A stretch of 64,000 nt of DNA, taken from contig OZ237761.1 in the NCBI GenBank assembly GCA_965178125.1, forward strand, positions 186,001 through 250,000, in the 5' to 3' direction. Below the pieces are notes generated by a model. That model did no database searches and had not been told where the DNA came from. It saw only the letters and a program-made list of their open reading frames with translations. Shown here in pieces: positions 61,432 to 64,000 of this stretch. Every line of letters begins with the position of its first letter. Within the stretch, counting starts at the first letter, position 1. The DNA comes from Bilabrum cf. latius (lineage: Eukaryota). A program made the translations under genes and the position numbers.

Positions 61432-63303
61432 GGTGTGCCACATGATGCGTTCTAGGTTGCCATGAAACGAAGTGGGGCTTTCTCGGGAGCATTAATACGA
61501 ATGTATCTGTCATACTAGGAATCTCTTCACACGCTTGGTAAAGAGGCGAAGCTGGCCAAGGCTGGCCTGCGGGTGATCACTCTATCCAAACCGCCCAGGC
61601 TTGCTCATCTCTTTGGGCATATTTCATCATCCCACAATGTGGAAAACCCTGCACTTGCATCGCTGGGACATCCTGGCTGCAGCTAGCTTGGTCGGAAGAA
61701 GCTAGCCCAGCTGTATTGCCGTGACCCGAGCATGTTTTGGGGTTTATTTCCACCCCAGCCGGAGCCAAAACCAGTTGATGAGGCCGCAGCGGCTGCAAGT
61801 GGCCCGCAAAGAAAGAAGACTCAGCCCCCTGCGATCAAAGGCGGAGGGGCGGGTAAGCCCTCTACTGAAGAAGGCGCCGGTGCCGACGAGATTCGGGACC
61901 TGCGTGAGAAGAGCACTCGTTCTCAGCGCGATGCAGCAGCGAAGGTTCTGGGCGTCGGCGGCGATTCCCCGGAAGCGAAGAGGGTACGGAGTTCCGATGC
62001 CGCAAGCAGCAAAGTAAAGGGCTCGCCACCGCAAGCTGGCATAGAGAGCACCGACTCGGAGTCAGGTTCGGGCAATGACGGTGAGGGGGGAGTAGGCTCA
62101 GGCGAGGCAGTAGGTCCCACCAAAGAACAGGGTGTGGGCATTGCATAGGGTACGGGCAACGCTGGTGGCCAAGGCCAAGACAGCTCGGGCGGTGTACGAG
62201 GCAGGAGACCTGGTGCTGGGGATGGCACCTGTGCCGACGTGGAGTTCGGTGGATCCGATGATGAGGATGAAAAAGCGAACAAACAGGCGTTGGATACGTG
62301 CGTTAGTCTTCTCGAGTTCGAGCAAGGCGACGAGGACCCTGCAGCGAGAAAGTCTGTCGGTGCCAGAGTCCATGCAAGGAGGCAGCAGAGCATAGGCAGT
62401 AGTGAGGCCATGACAGAGGGTGAGAAAGGCGCAGGAGAAGGGGGCAATGCCGCCAGTGTTGAGGCCACGGACGTTTGCCGGGAGATGCTGAAGGCCAAAA
62501 AGGAGCAGGAGCTGTCGGCTCTATCTGCATAGGTAGGTGGGGCATCCAGCGGGGCGGGGGGCGACCGAAGTGGGCCTGCATGCGTAACTCCATCGTCGAT
62601 TGCTTTGGAGCAAGGGGCCCACAAGAGCATGGAAGCATTTGGAGCAATTCGAATGATGAACGAGGCCGGCCTGTCCGAGGTATTCATGCCCAAGGTGGAG
62701 GTAGGCGGCAAGTCCACGCTGAGGCGAGCACACCAGGAAGCACTTACAGGAGTGCGCAATCGGGCCGCTCCTTGGCTAGTGCTGTTGGACGATGGTGTGA
62801 TGCAGACTGTGCTGAGCAATGTGTACAAGTTTAAGCCAGGCGACGAGGGGGAGTACGGAGACGCTTGTGGTGCGACGGAAGCCACGCCACCATTCGAGCG
62901 GGTCCAGCGGGCGTACGTGCAGTTTGTGCTGAGCAAGCTCCAAGATGCTCTGCCAGAGGAATTTGACCTTGGTCGAAGGGCGGCTGTCCTAAAAGAGGTC
63001 CAGATAGCGGAGATAGCCGTCCGTATTTCGATGCTGGGCATCCAGGCTGTTCAATCATTGGAGGACTCCGTTGCGTACTTCTAGTAGGCTGGGCAAGCTA
63101 CTGATGCCAGTGCCGCTGACGCACAGGAACGCAGCCCACCAACAGGATCAAGTGCGGGTGACAGAGCTTCGAAGGTATTGACGCACGCCCAGAAATAGCG
63201 CGGATGGCACTGCTCCAAAACGATAGGATTGGCAGAAGCTAAGGCGTCCTGGTCGTCCGGGCCTCACCACTTCCGCTCGCTTGTGTTCCTAATGCCGATT
63301 TGA
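61432..63303 (+). pseudogene. Right TSD (61432-61436) and 3' part of the interrupted ORF
   Basis: Frame open from the TSD through ORFs 61732.., 62239.. and 62605.., joined only by TAG, to TGA 63301-63303. Confidence 0.7.
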
Positions 63304-64000
63304 AGCTGCGTCTGCGCTTGCCGTCACTGCGTCGTGGTAAATTGGCTTTCTTCTAGATGTTTTAATGGAACGCCAAGAACGCGGCGGGCAGGTTCGGGAC
63401 GTCCGTTTCCAGTTGGGTGCAACCAGAGCCCCATATCCTGATGCAATAAGAACAAGCACTACAGCTCCTCCAGCAGCAGAATCATGCAAGGCAGTTCCAA
63501 TACAAGCTACAGCACAGCAACTTGAATAGCTATGCAATCAGTGACGAACATTCTAGTAGGTGTGAGGCGATGAACACGAATGGGCACAATTGCTTCCTTT
63601 TGGAGGGCCTCGTGTGTTTCGCATTGGACTGAAACGGGCAATTGGCATGCGAGGTTGCCGTGATTTGCTGCTGCAAGACCTGCAATTCAAAAGAGATTGC
63701 AAGCTTGGGCGGCCGATTTGGCATCTGCGCTCGCTTGACCTGAATAGATCCTAGAGGCTGTGCGACGTACGCATCTTTGGTTGAGATAAACTAGTCGAAT
63801 ATCTGAAATGGATTGGAAGCGAACTCTTTTTTAAATCGCATTTGTCACTTCGCCGCAGGATTTGGAGAACCATTGCTACCAGGTTTTTGGAATGCCTGAA
63901 GAAAGGCAGCGACACCGAGGCAATCCAAATGTTCGAGCAACACCCGTACGTTCTAGGCAACGGCAAGTTCAGCGTTGCTGTGAAGCTCACCGGCAAGCAT

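Overview
A GC-rich, intron-containing protist genome segment (about 1-37981 and 61432-64000) carrying a complete 23,450-bp AT-rich endogenous virophage at 37982-61431. The element has TG...CA ends, a 5-bp GGTGT target-site duplication and ~1.48-kb terminal inverted repeats (TIRs). It encodes an rve integrase with a chromodomain and the ATPase-protease-penton-major capsid module. Both host and virus genes become intact only when TAG is read as a sense codon, almost certainly Gln, while TAA and TGA stay stops; this is why the supplied ORF track is fragmented. The virophage shows no protein-primed PolB. It has a PrimPol/UL9-like helicase fusion, 101-bp imperfect-palindrome ends in flip/flop arrangement, and 21 copies of a 58-bp inverted-box site with a fixed 30-bp AT spacer. 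It also carries a tRNA-like, Pol III-type structured RNA candidate and a Pol-beta-like nucleotidyltransferase. Host genes include a Clu/TPR protein, Na+/H+ exchanger, NmrA, FSH1 hydrolase, DapA, class 3 lipase and secreted glycan-active proteins, and the host DNA has a strongly over-represented TGTTCCCTG motif. All family calls come from motif recognition by eye with no database searches, and the host is not identified.
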